A DNA stretch of 64,000 nt. Source: a bacterium (lineage in GTDB: Bacteria > Electryoneota > Electryoneia > Electryoneales > Electryoneaceae). Numbering within the stretch: position 1 is the first letter of the stretch; every line of letters begins with the position of its first letter. The position numbers and the translations under genes were made by a program. Positions 31,099 to 40,207 of this stretch are shown in pieces. The notes beneath the pieces were generated by a model, which saw nothing but the letters and a program-made list of their open reading frames with translations, had not been told where the DNA came from and ran no database searches. The DNA is taken from the NCBI GenBank assembly GCA_963669175.1, contig OY769902.1, positions 2,016,001 through 2,080,000 of the forward strand, written 5' to 3'.

Positions 31099-32010
31099 TC
31101 AAGGTGTCCCGTTCCAATGTTTGTTAATGTGGTCAACTTCTGCACGTGTCAGTCCCGCTTTCGGTTCGCCGGCAGCCGCGCAGCGCAGGAAAAGGGAAGA
31201 GACTTTATTTACGATATCAATCTTGTCGAAGGCTTCGATAAGGTCCGGGCCGGAGGCGATGCAGCCATGTCCGCGCCACAGAGCGATATCATGGGTCTCA
31301 AGACTGGTCAGGGTGTCACGGGCCAGCGCTTCGCTTCCGGGCAGGATTTCACTGATCAGGCCGATGCCGTCCGGAACGAGCAGCGTCATTTCTGCATGCA
31401 TGGCGCGCAGACGTTCGTTGATCGCTTCCTGTCCCAGGGCCGCCAGCAGATGTGTCATGGCGATGGTCTCGGTAGGATGACAATGCAGCACTGCCTTTCG
31501 CTCTCCACCGAGCTGAGCGAACAATTGATGAATCAACAGGTGTGTCGGCAGCTCGGACGTCGGTGTAAAGGGACGATCTGGTTCAATTGATACCAGGGGC
31601 GAGAATGAGAAGCGACTTCCGGAAGATTCGATGGTAAGCAGTCCACAGTGCTTTTCCGGGGCTTTTGCCATATCACGCATGCGTGAACCAGCGACACTGA
31701 CCAGCAGCGTATGCCCACCCAGCTCTTTCAACTTGGCCTGAACAGGTACGTCACCGGTTTCAGCATCTTTCGTGAGTTGCAGCGCTTTGGCAGGTAACGT
31801 GCGTTCGGAGACGGAATCACCCGTGAGCTGTCCGGGCATCAACCTTTTTTCCTGCGAATCATCAACATGCGCCAGAAGACTGGTGATGTTGATAGACAGG
31901 TTTCCGGCATTGCGCTCTGACCAGCCACGGTTCCAGAGGTATCCTGCTATTTCCGCAACACTATCGAGTAAACCCTGCAGAGCAGGGTACTTGTTCAGAT
32001 CGGCTACCAT
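31099..32010 (-). CDS. rhaD: Rhamnulose-1-phosphate aldolase (class II aldolase)
   Basis: GWSERNAGNLS, PTSELPTH, HCHPTE, PGSEALA, LWRGHG. Confidence 0.88.
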   Translation of the reverse strand: MVADLNKYPALQGLLDSVAEIAGYLWNRGWSERNAGNLSINITSLLAHVDDSQEKRLMPGQLTGDSVSERTLPAKALQLTKDAETGDVPVQAKLKELGGHTLLVSVAGSRMRDMAKAPEKHCGLLTIESSGSRFSFSPLVSIEPDRPFTPTSELPTHLLIHQLFAQLGGERKAVLHCHPTETIAMTHLLAALGQEAINERLRAMHAEMTLLVPDGIGLISEILPGSEALARDTLTSLETHDIALWRGHGCIASGPDLIEAFDKIDIVNKVSSLFLRCAAAGEPKAGLTRAEVDHINKHWNGTP

Positions 32011-32300
32011 TGACGTTCTCCCCAGAATCGTCTTACATGTGCAGTTTGTCACAGGTATGGTATAGATCGCACTTCATCTTCTGCAAGTAGTTCCCTGCTC
32101 AAGAGGCCCGAAACTTGCTCACTATGGGGATGATATCGATTCACCGGTAAAACGGAATCGAAATTGTGAAACATAAAGCTATGCTCAAGGTATTGGTAAA
32201 CTAAGGGGTTATGTAGGGCGATGATTTGCCGGTCACCATGCTGACGTGTGGTGGAAGCTTCCTGAGAAGGCAAATCGTGCCGTATTCCCCCGGGAGTACC

Positions 32301-33293
32301 ATGTTCGCGACAAGACGAGTATTGACGGTTTTTATTGCTTTGATGGCTGTTCTGACCGGTCTTTCGACCGGCAACGCTACCGACTGGGAGGCGTTTGTCG
32401 GGGAAAGCATGTGGACAGTATCTCACACCACCCAGTTTGTGCTGGACGATCCTGCGAATCGTGGCATGCTGTATCGTGATCTGTGGGAAACCTTCAATAC
32501 GCGCCGCTGGAGTTTCAGCGATATCGGTATCCAGACCGGCATGGAAGTGACGACCAGCCCGACTCAATCCGCTGTGGTAACCCCTTTGAAGTTCCGCTAC
32601 TACCGTTTCCGTTGCAATGTTATCCTGCCCTGGGCGGTAAATCGTACCGTGGACTACAGCCGTATTGACGCCAGCAAGCTTGGTATCGGCGATATTCGCG
32701 CCATGGTCGGCTACCCGATCAAGTTGTGGAAGACAGATGTATATGGGAATGTCGGGGTGAAAGTGCCAACCGGGAGCTTCGATGCGACAGATGGAAGTTA
32801 TTTGACGCCTTTCGGTTCGGGAACGTGGGACTATTTCATAGGTTTGCAGACAACGATTCGGATCAAACGCGATCAATGGATTTACCTTGATACGCAGTAT
32901 CATTTCAATGGCGACCAGGAGTATCGTGTTTATAACAACGGGTATCGCACGGACATAGAAATGCTGAACCCGAATCTGTTCACGTTTACTTCCTCTTATG
33001 TACGCACCTTCGGCAAGAGTACCAGCGCGTTTCTCGCCGGAACTATGTTTATCACCGCTGAGGGTGAGTCCAGGTTTAACCTTTACGGGCCATCAGGACG
33101 CAGACTTTACGGTAGCTGGACCAATGATCAGCAAGTGGTCTGTATGGAGTTGACACCTGGTTTTAACTACGATATCTGGTTGGTGACGGTGCGTGGAATG
33201 GTAACCGTACCGCTATACCTGGTTAAGGATTCAGACAACCTGGATGATCACCGGAAGTGGTCGGCACGGTTGGGTGTTTCCTATTTCCTGTAA
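32301..33293 (+). CDS. Putative outer-membrane beta-barrel protein (transporter-like)
   Basis: Signal peptide, GIGDI, GVKVPTG...PFGSGTWD, terminal GVSYFL. Confidence 0.7.
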   Translation: MFATRRVLTVFIALMAVLTGLSTGNATDWEAFVGESMWTVSHTTQFVLDDPANRGMLYRDLWETFNTRRWSFSDIGIQTGMEVTTSPTQSAVVTPLKFRYYRFRCNVILPWAVNRTVDYSRIDASKLGIGDIRAMVGYPIKLWKTDVYGNVGVKVPTGSFDATDGSYLTPFGSGTWDYFIGLQTTIRIKRDQWIYLDTQYHFNGDQEYRVYNNGYRTDIEMLNPNLFTFTSSYVRTFGKSTSAFLAGTMFITAEGESRFNLYGPSGRRLYGSWTNDQQVVCMELTPGFNYDIWLVTVRGMVTVPLYLVKDSDNLDDHRKWSARLGVSYFL

Positions 33294-33314
33294 GTTCACG
33301 GAAGGTCTGGGCAC

Positions 33315-35159
33315 ATGAAGCGAGCATATTGGATTCTGCCGGTACTGGCCGTAGCGCTGTTGCTGACGGGTTCGTGCAGCGATGACACCCCGACAACCGT
33401 GGACTTTGTCGGCGAGTCCTATGAAACGCAGTGCATGGAAATTGAAGGCACAGGGCTGACCATCGAGATGATCCGGATTGAGCCCGGACAGTTTCGGATG
33501 GGGGAACTTGGCACGGCTTCCATGACCGAGTCCAATGAACAGCCACGGCATATCGTGTCCTTTGCTGAGGGCTTCTGGATCAGCAAGTACGAGATTACAC
33601 AGGAACAGTGGCTGGCTATTACAGGATATAATCCATCAACCTTTACCTCTTCGTTGGATTTGCCAGTCGAAACAGTTTCTTGGCGCCAGGTGCAGGAAGA
33701 CTTCCTTTCCGAACTGAACGCTCGTTATCCCAGTGATCCGTGGCGGCTTCCTTCCGAAGCGGAATGGGAATATGCAGCGCGGGCCGGGACACACGGCCTC
33801 TTCCATGTCAGTCAGTCAGATCTGGATTATTACGCGAACTACAACACATGGGCAGATTCCACATTGCCGGTAGGCACCCTGCTCCCGAATCCGTGGGGGC
33901 TGTATGATATCGCGGGAAATGTGTGGGAGTGGTGCTGGGATACCTACCATGATGATTACGATGATGCGCCACTGAACGGCACGCCCTGGAACGATACCGA
34001 TGGTGTGGGTCGGGTGATCCGTGGAGGTGGTTGGGGGGCAACGCCGAATAGCTGTCGAAGCGCGTTCCGTGATTACCGTGCCCCGACCTTCGCTTCCAGC
34101 AGGATCGGGTTCAGGCTGGTCTATGGCGATACCTGGAGTAACAATCCTCCGGTAGAACCCAGTGAACCGACCCCGGTTAATTCCGCTGTGGATGTTGAGT
34201 TTACGATCGAACTTTCCTGGTCCTGCTATGATCTGGATGGTGATCCGTTGATGTATGATGTCTACCTGTCCAAGGATCGTAATCCAACCCTGGTTGCCAC
34301 CGATGTCGCCGATACAACCTTTCACCCGAGTGTCCTGGATGAAGGCTCAACCTATTTCTGGCGTATTGCGGCCAAGGATGAACACGGCGCAATTACCTAT
34401 TCACCAATCTGGTCATTCGCTACTTATGCGCCCTTCGAGCACAATTACGATCTGGGCGGCAGCGGGGAAACCATGACCATGATCCGTGTTGCCGCAGGAT
34501 CATTCTCCATGGGATCGTCCTGGAGTGACGACGGGGCAGCGGATGATGAGCATCCTCCTCATACGGTTACCCTGCCGAGTGTGTTCTGGGCGGGGAAATA
34601 CGAGGTGACGCAGGCGCAGTGGGAAGGGGTGATGGGCGGTAATCCTTCCTATCACGGGGGCTTCCCTGGACGTCCGGTGGAGCAGGTTACCTGGGAGCTG
34701 GCGCAGGCCTTTGTCGATAGCCTGAATGCTTCTGAAGACGGCGATCCCTGGCGTCTCCCGACCGAAGCGGAATGGGAATATATCAGCCGTGCGGGAACCA
34801 CGACGCGCTATGCCTGGGGCGATGATGTGGATTATTCCATCCTGCATACCTATGGCTGGTTTGGCGGTAATGCGGGGGGACGTACCCACGAAGTCGGCAC
34901 CAAACTGCCTAATCCGTGGGGCTTCTACGACCTGAACGGAAACGTATCCGAATGGTGCGAAGACTGGTATCACCCGGACTATACCAACGCGCCTTCCGAT
35001 GGGGGAGCGTGGTTGTATCCTGCCGGGATTTACCGTATCCATCGTGGCGGGAACTGGACCACCGAAGGGAATGACTGCCGTAACGCGGCCCGCTTTGGCG
35101 ATGAACCGGATGGCTTCTCCGCTGGGCTGGGACTCAGGCTGGTCCGGGATGGGAGTTGA
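33315..35159 (+). CDS. Lipoprotein with two formylglycine-generating-enzyme (FGE-sulfatase/SUMF1) domains
   Basis: Lipobox, two copies of F.MG..P.H.V..KYE.TQ, RLP(S/T)EAEWEY, NPWG.YD..GNV.EWC, RGG.W, G(F/L)RLV. Confidence 0.93.
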   Translation: MKRAYWILPVLAVALLLTGSCSDDTPTTVDFVGESYETQCMEIEGTGLTIEMIRIEPGQFRMGELGTASMTESNEQPRHIVSFAEGFWISKYEITQEQWLAITGYNPSTFTSSLDLPVETVSWRQVQEDFLSELNARYPSDPWRLPSEAEWEYAARAGTHGLFHVSQSDLDYYANYNTWADSTLPVGTLLPNPWGLYDIAGNVWEWCWDTYHDDYDDAPLNGTPWNDTDGVGRVIRGGGWGATPNSCRSAFRDYRAPTFASSRIGFRLVYGDTWSNNPPVEPSEPTPVNSAVDVEFTIELSWSCYDLDGDPLMYDVYLSKDRNPTLVATDVADTTFHPSVLDEGSTYFWRIAAKDEHGAITYSPIWSFATYAPFEHNYDLGGSGETMTMIRVAAGSFSMGSSWSDDGAADDEHPPHTVTLPSVFWAGKYEVTQAQWEGVMGGNPSYHGGFPGRPVEQVTWELAQAFVDSLNASEDGDPWRLPTEAEWEYISRAGTTTRYAWGDDVDYSILHTYGWFGGNAGGRTHEVGTKLPNPWGFYDLNGNVSEWCEDWYHPDYTNAPSDGGAWLYPAGIYRIHRGGNWTTEGNDCRNAARFGDEPDGFSAGLGLRLVRDGS

Positions 35160-35194
35160 TTCAGCAGCAACAAAGATAGCCTGTTTATAGATAA

Positions 35195-35270
35195 GTGTTG
35201 ACAAATAGAAAAAAATTTTATAATATGTAAACGAAGATGTTTTGAGGAATTCTCTCCTTTTTGTCAACAC
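35195..35270 (+). promoter_or_regulatory. Sigma-70 promoter flanked by perfect 11-bp inverted repeat (putative operator pair)
   Basis: TTGACA 35198-35203, TAATAT 35221-35226 (17-bp spacing); gtgttgacaaa 35195-35205 / tttgtcaacac 35260-35270. Confidence 0.75.
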
Positions 35271-35280
35271 CGAGACAGCC

Positions 35281-36474
35281 ATGATAGGGATGCGTATTCG
35301 CCAGGCACGCCGTGCAGCCGGTCTTTCGCTTGACGAAGCAGCAAAGCGTCTTAGCGTAAATGGTGTTTCTATTACCCGCCAGGGACTTTCCAATTATGAG
35401 ATTGGAAGGCGTCATCCAGGTCCGGGAATGCTGATTCACCTTGCGAAGATTCTACATGTAAAACCTTCTTATCTGCTGGAGGAATCAACAGTACGGATTA
35501 CCTGGACCGCATATCGTTCACGGACTTCTCTGGGAAAGCGTGAGAGAAATCGGATTGAATCAAGAGCCCAACATTATGTTGAGTCATTTATTGGTGTGCA
35601 GGACAAGGTGAATCCGGGACAAGGCGCCAGGTTTCCAAAACCACTGCGTGTAGCCAGCTTACAAGATGCAGAACTTGCTGCAGAGAAGCTGCGACAGGAA
35701 TGGCGCTTGGGAGAAGCCCCGATAGATAGCGTGATGCACACGGTTGAAGATCATGGGGTCATTGTGATCACTCATCCGATGGAAGGCGTTCGTTTTGATG
35801 GTCTGTCAGGATTTGCCAATGAGCTTCACCCTGTTATTGTAGTAAACTCAAGTGTTCCGGATGACCGGTTCCGTCTGGATCTGGCTCATGAACTTGGTCA
35901 TCTGGTCATGGATTGCAGCAAGCTGGATGAAAAAACGGAAGAGAAGTTGGCTAACCGGTTTGCAGCAGCTTTTCTTGTGCCGAGGAATGTTGCAGAAAAT
36001 GAACTTGGCAAGCGAAGAAGCCATTTGTCACTTCGAGAACTCTCCTTACTGAAAGACAAGTATGGAATAAGTATGCAGGCGTGGGTGCGGCGCGGTAAAG
36101 ATGTGGGTATTATTGCGGAAAGCGCCTATAGACAAGCTTGCATCAACTTTTCACAAAAGGGGTGGAGAAAGCAGGAGCCCTATACATATCATGGAAATGA
36201 GAAACCGGAAAAACTTCGTCAATACCTGTTACGTGCGCTTGCAGAGTCTTTGATTACGCCTGATCTTGCAGAACGGATTTTACCGGGATGCACAAATGAG
36301 GTGATTGAAGCGAAAGATGATAAAACGATGACAACTATTGAATTCATGAAGCTTTCAGCGGAAGAACGCAGGCAAGCGCTGGAAGTTGCCGCGAAAGAAG
36401 CGGCTGAAGACTACATGACCAATCCTGAATTGACTGCATTTGACGTGTGTAGCGAGGATGGTCTGAATGAGTGA
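35281..36474 (+). CDS. XRE-family HTH fused to ImmA/IrrE (M78) metallopeptidase, with extra acidic C-terminal tail
   Basis: IRQARRAAGLSLDE..LSNYEIG HTH; RFRLDLAHELGH (HExxH); EKLANRFAAAFLVP. Confidence 0.93.
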   Translation: MIGMRIRQARRAAGLSLDEAAKRLSVNGVSITRQGLSNYEIGRRHPGPGMLIHLAKILHVKPSYLLEESTVRITWTAYRSRTSLGKRERNRIESRAQHYVESFIGVQDKVNPGQGARFPKPLRVASLQDAELAAEKLRQEWRLGEAPIDSVMHTVEDHGVIVITHPMEGVRFDGLSGFANELHPVIVVNSSVPDDRFRLDLAHELGHLVMDCSKLDEKTEEKLANRFAAAFLVPRNVAENELGKRRSHLSLRELSLLKDKYGISMQAWVRRGKDVGIIAESAYRQACINFSQKGWRKQEPYTYHGNEKPEKLRQYLLRALAESLITPDLAERILPGCTNEVIEAKDDKTMTTIEFMKLSAEERRQALEVAAKEAAEDYMTNPELTAFDVCSEDGLNE

Positions 36475-36856
36475 TGTTTCCAATCCACTAAAAGGCGAAA
36501 TCTGGCGGGTGAATTTCCAGCCGGCGAAAGGCCAGGAAATCAGAAAAACAAGACCGGCAATCGTGATCAATGAAAATGCAATAGGACAATTGATGCAACG
36601 TATTGTAATCCCGCTGACAGGGTGGACCGACAAATACAAAAACTGGCCCTGGATGGTAAAAATCCCTGCATCAAGAAAGAATGGTCTTGATAAAGATGAT
36701 GCCGCGGACACGTCCCAAATAAGATCAGTGTCTATGGAAAGGTTTGGTTGCAAACTGGGCGTAATAACCGCGAAACAACTTGAAGAAGTTTTGTCTGGAG
36801 TGGTTATTTGCATTGGTTATGAGTGCCCGTTTTGTATGAGTGATAATGATATTTGA
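36467..36856 (+). CDS. Type II TA toxin, PemK/MazF endoribonuclease family
   Basis: GEIWRVNFQPAKGQEIRKTRPAIVI, VIPLT, NGL.KD..AD..QIRSVS. Confidence 0.93.
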   Translation: MSDVSNPLKGEIWRVNFQPAKGQEIRKTRPAIVINENAIGQLMQRIVIPLTGWTDKYKNWPWMVKIPASRKNGLDKDDAADTSQIRSVSMERFGCKLGVITAKQLEEVLSGVVICIGYECPFCMSDNDI

Positions 36857-36972
36857 AGTTCATTTGTTCCCCGGTAATGGATGCTCTGTAGTCCTTTCAG
36901 ATGATGTTTTTTTGAAGTATCTTTTAAATGGCCACCAATGACATCCCCGCATGAGACTGAGGCATATCGCTT

Positions 36973-39318
36973 ATGAATGCTCTGACCTGCACTCTACGGG
37001 ACTGTTCTGTTCTGCGCCTCCGTTTGCATATCCTGTTTACCGCATTCCTTTTTTCGAGCCTGTTTGTGTTCGCATCACATGCCCAGGAGTGGTACCACAA
37101 CGGACCGTCCAGTGTGTATGCACGAACAATAGAGGTATGTCCCTATGACACCACAAAAATGTTCATCGGCACCAATGCGCGTGGCATTTTCTTCACTGAG
37201 GATGGCGGGCAGACGTGGCTGGAACGGAATCAGAATATCTCTACTGCCCAGGACACGGCGTATGATTTCAACGCCTATGAGCAGAATTGGTGGGACGGGG
37301 AATATGAGACGGTAAAAGAAATCTGGATTGATCCGTACCATGAAGGAAGCGTATGGGCTTCAACGGCACACTATGTTTACATGATGAATCAGGATTCCAC
37401 CGGTATCATTAGCACCTATGTCAGCACCCTTCTGCATAGTCCGGATTATGGCGAGCACTGGCTGCCACGTGATACGGGAGTGATTGATTCAACCGTGTAT
37501 ACCAACATGGCTTTTGATGAGGATGAAAGAACAATCTACCTGATTTGCGATGAGGCGTTTTATTCGACAACGAATCTTGGCTTGTCCTGGTCACAAGTGG
37601 AAGGCCTATCTGAATGTGATAGTTTTTATGGTCTTACTGTAGCTTCTGATGGATGTGTTTATGTCAGCGGGTCTGAAAACTGTTACGGGGCGTTATTCTC
37701 AAAGGAAGTTGGCAGCGATGATTGGGAACTAATATCAGAAACCGGAATAACAAGACTACATTCGCATCCCTCAGATCCACAACAACTCTGGGGTAATCAG
37801 CGAATATCTATTGGAGATAACAGCCCGCTTCTGGCCAGCTTTGATGGAGGTTGTACCTGGCAGAACCATAGTGGAGTTTTACTGGATATCGCTGCCGACG
37901 GAACCATATATAACTCATACAATGGCACTTTGATGAGAAGTACGGATGCCGGTGAAACCTGGGAACCCATATTTGAAGATATTGACAATTATAACGGAAG
38001 ATTTGGATTCGGTGTTAATCCGGTAAATGGATCAACCGTGTATTACTCATGTCCGGCAGGGCTTCTTGTCAGCTATGACCAGGGCGAAACCCATGAACAC
38101 TTCGACCAGGGTCTGGATAATTCGTATATCCAACGCATTGTAGCTCATCCTTCTGATCCCCAGACCGCCTATGCTGCGGGTGAGACAGGGTTGTGGAAAA
38201 CGGAGGATGGCGGGGCGAGCTGGCAACGGCAGATCGACGGCAAGCTGTCCTTCATTTCGATTGATCCTCTGCATCCGGACACAGTATATGCTTCCGGGGA
38301 TTTTCTTTTTAGAAGCTTCAACGGTGGGGAAAGCTGGGAATACATCGAGGTCTCTTGTCGGCAGGATCCATACGCCGAAACCTGGACTGCTGTGGCGGTT
38401 CATCCCGTTGAAACATCCAACGTGTATGTAATGAGCCAGCATTCATCCACCTACATCGAAAGACTTTATGTAAGTGAGGATTGTCTGAGCACATTTTCAG
38501 ACTCATCAGATAGGAATTTGGACTATCCTGAACCGCCTCCCTATCTCGAGTTTGACTCTGCCGATCCTCCGGCCTTGTATATGGGCAGAATGTACTGGTC
38601 AGAAGATATTCATGAATGGGACGTTTTTACTGCCGGGCCGGGTTTACCAGAAGGTTTTGCCCATGTTCCGGGCAGCCGTTTGTTTGCGATGTCGGGATGT
38701 ACCCATTATGATCCCAACTATCGCTATGAGTTCGGTGTGTATTTCAGCGATGATCGTTGGGAGAGCTATTCCGACGCTACCGGGGAGCTGGATGCGAATG
38801 GCGTCTGGGATGTGGAGTTCGGGCCGGGGAATATGCTGGCTGTAGCGACCACAGAGGGCGTATTAACACGTTACCCGGATACGGAATGGACTCGCCTGGA
38901 TGGTCCCTATGACAATCGCTGCAATACCCTCGCTTTCTCCTGTGACGGTTCCATCCTGTATGTGGGCACGCATGGTTATGGCATCTATGCCGGGTATCAT
39001 GTGGTTGGTGTGGATGAGAAGGATGTTGACGCGCAGCCGACCACATCTGCATTGCTAAGCTGTTACCCGAATCCTGCGAACAGCGGGGTGCAGGTTTGCT
39101 ATCGTCTGGATACACGCTCACCTGTGACAATAACCGTGTATAACGTGCTGGGGAAGCGTGTACGTACGTTAGCGGAGCAGGTGCAAGAGGCCGGGGAGCA
39201 TCGTGTGTATTGGGATGGGGTGTCGGATAAAAGTTTTCCAGTGAGTACAGGCGTGTATTTTGTGTCGCTGAGTATGGATGGACGGAATCTCACCCGAAAA
39301 GTGCTGCTTCTGAAGTGA
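36973..39318 (+). CDS. Secreted BNR/Asp-box (VPS10-like) propeller protein with FlgD/T9SS-like C-terminal domain
   Basis: TEDGGQTW, STDAGETW, SFNGGESW repeats; CYPNPAN...STGVYF..RKVLLLK. Confidence 0.9.
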   Translation: MNALTCTLRDCSVLRLRLHILFTAFLFSSLFVFASHAQEWYHNGPSSVYARTIEVCPYDTTKMFIGTNARGIFFTEDGGQTWLERNQNISTAQDTAYDFNAYEQNWWDGEYETVKEIWIDPYHEGSVWASTAHYVYMMNQDSTGIISTYVSTLLHSPDYGEHWLPRDTGVIDSTVYTNMAFDEDERTIYLICDEAFYSTTNLGLSWSQVEGLSECDSFYGLTVASDGCVYVSGSENCYGALFSKEVGSDDWELISETGITRLHSHPSDPQQLWGNQRISIGDNSPLLASFDGGCTWQNHSGVLLDIAADGTIYNSYNGTLMRSTDAGETWEPIFEDIDNYNGRFGFGVNPVNGSTVYYSCPAGLLVSYDQGETHEHFDQGLDNSYIQRIVAHPSDPQTAYAAGETGLWKTEDGGASWQRQIDGKLSFISIDPLHPDTVYASGDFLFRSFNGGESWEYIEVSCRQDPYAETWTAVAVHPVETSNVYVMSQHSSTYIERLYVSEDCLSTFSDSSDRNLDYPEPPPYLEFDSADPPALYMGRMYWSEDIHEWDVFTAGPGLPEGFAHVPGSRLFAMSGCTHYDPNYRYEFGVYFSDDRWESYSDATGELDANGVWDVEFGPGNMLAVATTEGVLTRYPDTEWTRLDGPYDNRCNTLAFSCDGSILYVGTHGYGIYAGYHVVGVDEKDVDAQPTTSALLSCYPNPANSGVQVCYRLDTRSPVTITVYNVLGKRVRTLAEQVQEAGEHRVYWDGVSDKSFPVSTGVYFVSLSMDGRNLTRKVLLLK

Positions 39319-39423
39319 GGCCCGGCTGTCTGTATTCGTTGTAGAAGGTCGGAAGGGGTGGCTGTATTGCGTTGCTCGAACCTGCCTGCGGGTGATGCGG
39401 TGCAGTTGCTTATAGGCGACGCA

Positions 39424-39460
39424 TGGGGGACTGTTCTTCGAGGACAGTCCCCACTTTTTT
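39424..39460 (+). terminator. Hairpin with T-tract (terminator or REP-like)
   Basis: tgggggactgttc-ttc-gaggacagtcccca followed by ctttttt. Confidence 0.6.
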
Positions 39461-39467
39461 GTGGGGA

Positions 39468-39706
39468 GAAAAACGGGATTGTTGCCTTTTCATGGCTATA
39501 GATACAGGATTATGATATAATAATTGGTGAAAAGGTAACTGTACCAGTTATCACTTGTGAAAATTGCAGTATAGGACAGGAAAATGCCGGGACAGCTACC
39601 TTTTCCGCTTACAAATTCTGGTTGAATCATGTATCAGGTAAAACTCAGGTATTATCACTGTTTATAAGCTTGTCGCATGCGGAAAAGAGTAGCAGTCCCC
39701 ATTTCC
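39468..39706 (+). repeat. Four-box double-hairpin element, copy 1
   Basis: Boxes aaaaacgggattgttgccttttc / gaaaaggtaactgtacc / aaaatgccgggacagctaccttttc / gaaaagagtagcagtccccattt shared with 57560-57803 and 61477-61738. Confidence 0.85.
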
Positions 39707-39884
39707 CGTGCGAATCACTGCCGTGGTTCACAGGATGATGACAGACACGAGTATGTTGCAGGTTCAGGATGCAGCCCGGCCATGGGGGATTACCTGTTCA
39801 GATGTTCCGACTGCACCACTGCCCGGGTGCGAGCACACCGGGCTACGCGAAACAGCTGGAGATTCAGAGACTCATTTCATAGCT

Positions 39885-39980
39885 CGAGATCCCCGTTCAA
39901 GCCGGGGATGACATGCTTGGGCCGGGGATGACATGCTTGGGCCGGGGAATGACATGCTTGGGCCGGGGAATGACATGCTT
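39885..39980 (+). repeat. GATCCCCG REP-like hairpin followed by 4 tandem 20-21-bp units
   Basis: cgagatccccgttcaagccggggatgac; gccgggga(a)tgacatgcttgg x4 at 39901-39980. Confidence 0.9.
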
Positions 39981-40075
39981 TGTGGGAATGTCGGGATGAT
40001 ATAATTGGGTGGGGATGATATAAAGAATCCGTGACCTATGCGCCTCATACTATACTGTTTGGGTAGTTCTACCTA

Positions 40076-40182
40076 TGTCCGATAACGGACACTTCCTTGT
40101 AGCAAATCCGTACATGCGCCTTCCCCTGTATCCCTTTATCCTCGCTAAACACAACATTTTACAAAGAGGCATACTCTTCGCA
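40076..40182 (+). promoter_or_regulatory. Sigma-54 promoter with upstream enhancer (UAS) sites
   Basis: Palindrome TGTCCGataaCGGACA 40076-40091, second TGT-N11-ACA 40098-40114, aGGCAtactcttcGCa with GG-N10-GC at 40168-40181. Confidence 0.75.
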
Positions 40183-40207
40183 TAGAATCAGGGCAGGAGG
40201 ACAATTC

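Noticed and set aside
33315-35159. Diversity-generating retroelement
   Set aside because: No reverse transcriptase or template repeat in the window; the two FGE domains differ broadly rather than at adenines.
35242-36856. Prophage or ICE remnant
   Set aside because: No integrase, att sites or phage genes flank the XRE-peptidase/toxin pair.
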